36,733 nt of DNA. Origin: Octopus bimaculoides (lineage: Eukaryota). Of the stretch, positions 33,487 to 36,733 are shown piece after piece (the stretch's first letter is position 1; the number at the start of each line of letters is the position of its first letter). Under the pieces are notes generated by a model. That model had not been told where the DNA came from, searched no databases, and saw only the letters and a list, made by a program, of their open reading frames with translations. The stretch covers positions 9,194,975 through 9,231,707 of the forward strand of contig NC_069008.1 in assembly GCF_001194135.2 (NCBI RefSeq). Reading direction: 5' to 3'. A program made the position numbers and the translations under genes.

Positions 33487-33617
33487 GAAGCTTACAGCTG
33501 TTTCGGCCTAGCGTTGGCATGCCCCATTCTATCCAAATAGCTCCTGACGGAGTAATTAGCAGTTGAAATACTGAAATGGGGGTACATGCATGATTCGCTA
33601 GGCCTCTTCAGAGATTC
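33487..33617 (-). ncRNA. Type I hammerhead ribozyme with an intact core and extended stem II
   Basis: Minus strand: GAATCT-CTGAAGA-GGCCTAGCG-[82 nt]-CGCTAGGCC-GAAAC-AGCT-GTA^AGCTTC. Perfect 9-bp stem II and a palindromic stem III (ACAGCTGT). Confidence 0.85.
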
Positions 33618-33946
33618 ACAAAAATTCAACACAAATATAAAGTAAAAAATAAAAATAAAAATAAAATAGAAATAAATATAAGAATACAGTAAAAATAAAA
33701 TAAATAAATGAAAAATGAAAATATAAAAATATAAGGCACATAAAAAAGCCTACAAACAGTATATAAGGTCATACAAATAGTTATAGACACTCCAATACAC
33801 ATGTCTGTGTCTGTGTGCATAACCATACTTGGATATCAAAGGATTCAAAAGCATATATATATATGTGAGTACATGTGTGTGTCCAGATGTATGTCAACAG
33901 TCACTGCCACCACATTTGAGGGGGAATATACATATATATATATATC

Positions 33947-34057
33947 TATCCCCTCACACATACGTACACACATACACATATGTATACACAGATATTCACA
34001 TACGTACATGGTCACTGGCACCAACGTTATTCGTTGGGTTTTGAAGGCTGTTTATAT
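33947..34057. repeat. Left arm of a near-identical inverted repeat (partner 36605-36715)
   Basis: 111 bp with 2 mismatches by manual alignment. Confidence 0.95.
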
Positions 34058-34943
34058 TTTTTTAAAAATTTGCTGAGTGCGTGCGTGTGTGTCAGTTCTG
34101 TAGGTGGTGGATGGGTCTATGTGGAAGTTCTTTCCAGGGGAGTCATTAATACTCTAATAGCAATAATAATAGTGATAATGATGATGATGATAATAACAAC
34201 AACAACAACAACAATAATAATAATAATATGCCAACTTTCGAACTTTGTGGTGAGGTGCTCCGTTATTTTTCTGCGTAGGGGGATCAGGTCATTCCTTTCA
34301 GTGGGTATGAGAGATTCTGCTGCTATTTGGGGAGGGTTAAATTATACAGTTAATTCCTCTCATCTAATTGGACAACTATTGTTTAAAACTACCTAGGCTT
34401 AGCTACGGTTGGATAGATGCTAACCAGTCAAGAGGGTTAGGGCGCGCATGCATATGTACACTTACACACACACACACACGCGCGCGCGTGCTATATATAT
34501 TTATATCTATATACACGCGTACATATATGTATATACACATATACATACACACGCACACATCCCTTCATTCCACTATATACTTATATAGATGGAGTGTATA
34601 TACAAATACAAGGGTTAGATGAGTTATTGAATAGGTTATTAAGAAGTCTATATGCAGATAGAAATAAATAAATAAATAACTATCCTTATGTATATTACAC
34701 GCTTAGAAGTATTCTATTTTTAGTAGATACACTCAACTAATAAACCATTATGCTGGTTATTTATAAACTTAGTGAATTTACGTGTAATTGTATTTCATTA
34801 TTTCCACTGTTTGGGGCGTTAATTACTATAGAGATAATAGTGAATGGGGATGACCCTAAGATTTGAGTATCCTACCTAACTACCGTTGACTTACATAATC
34901 AAATAATTAATTATCACTGTTACTGCTGCCACCACCAGCACCA

Positions 34944-35934
34944 GCACCATCACCATACCGTATCCTACATAACTAACTAGTTAATTAATACATTGGTTTA
35001 AATGAGTAGATAAGTAAACAATAATTGACCAAACAAACAATCAATGAATAAAACCGTCCAAACCATGGCAGAATATCGTTGAGTACCTGGGGCCCTAGCA
35101 CGTAGGAGACAGTTACTCCTACATCCTCATACATACACACTCAAAATGTGCATACACATATGCATATATACATGTGCATATACATCTACAAGCATACGAC
35201 ATTCCCATGGATGATTGTAAGTACACAGGTATGCATATACCCACACTCGGACATACACACATACGCACACACATATATATACATATACACCAATATATAC
35301 ACACATCCACATATATATACATATACNNNNNNNNNNNNNNNNNNNNNNNNNNNNNNNNNNNNNNNNNNNNNNNNNNNNNNNNNNNNNNNNNNNNNNNNNN
35401 NNNNNNNNNNNNNNNNNNNNNNNNNNNNNNNNNNNNNNNNNNNNNNNNNNNNNNNNNNNNNNNNNNNNNNNNNNNNNNNNNNNNNNNNNNNNNNNNNNNN
35501 NNNNNNNNNNNNNNNNNNNNNNNNNNNNNNNNNNNNNNNNNNNNNNNNNNNNNNNNNNNNNNNNNNNNNNNNNNNNNNNNNNNNNNNNNNNNNNNNNNNN
35601 NNNNNNNNNNNNNGCACCATCACCATACCGTATCCTACATAACTAACTAGTTAATTAATACATTGGTTTAAATGAGTAGATAAGTAAACAATAATTGACC
35701 AAACAAACAATCAATGAATAAAACCGTCCAAACCATGGCAGAATATCGTTGAGTACCTGGGGCCCTAGCACGTAGGAGACAGTTACTCCTACATCCTCAT
35801 ACATACACACTCAAAATGTGCATACACATATGCATATATACATGTGCATATACATCTACAAGCATACGACATTCCCATGGATGATTGTAAGTACACAGGT
35901 ATGCATATACCCACACTCGGACATACACACATAC
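34944..35934. repeat. Identical 321-bp direct duplication flanking a gap (34944-35264 and 35614-35934)
   Basis: The two sequences appear identical, and the second copy starts exactly at the gap edge. Confidence 0.9.
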
Positions 35935-36269
35935 CTATACCTATAGATACCTATATTAATACAGAGGTAGTACTTATAGTGCTGACTATTCTCTTGTGTA
36001 TGTATGCCTACCTCTACGTGAGTATATCAAGCTAGGTATATATGCTTATTTATATATGTCTACTTAAATATCAAATGTTAGCTAATGCAATGTCAGTAAG
36101 GTCTTATTAGTTATCATTAAACCAGATGTGGCTCTTTAGTACTAGGTTTTATTTATATTAATTATATATATGCAGATAACACAATTTGATCTCCTATAAT
36201 ATAGCATAGAAATAGTGGTTAGCTTAAATAAATACTATTAAATCAGGGGCGGTATCTTAATATCATGTT

Positions 36270-36599
36270 CTACTTGAATTTAGAGAAGGTGTATCCATTT
36301 CTATGAAGGCATGAAACGTTGTGTCCCTTCAAATTGTTAATAAGCGGAATTTTGGCCCTAATTAGGAAAAAAATTTCGTTTATGCATAATAAGCATTTTC
36401 TATTTTTATTATTGTATGCAGGTGTAGATGTTAATATTTCCCAGTGTAGGTTAAAGTTTATACCCTTATCTTTGAGATCCCATATGTAGCTACTTAATCC
36501 GGTAGAATTTCTTCTATTCCTGTTCCTAAATGTATAATTGTGATAATTAAGTCTTTGTTTCATACTATTTTTAGTTGCACCCACGTATACCCTATTATA
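36270..36599 (-). pseudogene. Penelope-like GIY-YIG endonuclease, C-terminal half (5'-truncated ORF)
   Basis: RVYVGATKNSMKQRLNYHNYTF..STGLSSYIWDLK..WEIL..CLLCINE..NNLK..SCLHRN. No stops in the retained part. Confidence 0.88.
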
Positions 36600-36604
36600 T
36601 AAAT

Positions 36605-36715
36605 ATATAAACAGCCTTCAAAACACAACGAATAACGTTGGTGCCAGTGACCATGTACGTATGTGAATATCTGTGTATACATATGTGTATGTGTGTACGT
36701 ATGTGTGAAGGGATA
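36605..36715. repeat. Right arm of the inverted repeat (inverted PLE pseudo-LTR segment) abutting the truncated GIY-YIG ORF
   Basis: Reverse complement of 33947-34057. It may continue past the window end. Confidence 0.95.
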
Positions 36716-36733
36716 TATATATATATATATATA

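Noticed and set aside
34944-35934. Identical 321-bp direct repeat as a biological tandem pseudo-LTR
   Set aside because: It flanks an N gap exactly and cannot be distinguished from an unmerged contig overlap without long reads.

Overview
AT-rich eukaryotic (animal) genomic DNA with assembly gaps. The SINE and repeat content resembles Octopus/cephalopod sequence, which is my inference and not a database match. The window is mostly decayed mobile elements: an Hsmar1-like mariner, an hAT/Buster fragment, a maT-like DD37D transposon, Helitron pieces, RTE and R4/Dong LINEs, several tRNA-derived SINEs and many micro/minisatellites. A few minus-strand exons of an unidentified host gene, ending in a polyQ tail, are scattered over about 18.8-31.8 kb. 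The most notable signal is a set of Penelope-like element (PLE) pieces carrying type I hammerhead ribozyme (HHR) motifs. One has an intact core and a greatly extended stem II (33487-33617, minus strand). A second is nearly intact (23504-23552). Decayed HHRs sit inside what look like MITE hairpins, suggesting those palindromes are 5'-inverted PLE pseudo-LTR pairs. A roughly 4.7-kb fold-back structure with a telomere-like centre (about 4765-9480) is unexplained. I see no intact novel protein-coding system. All family assignments come from motif recognition by eye.
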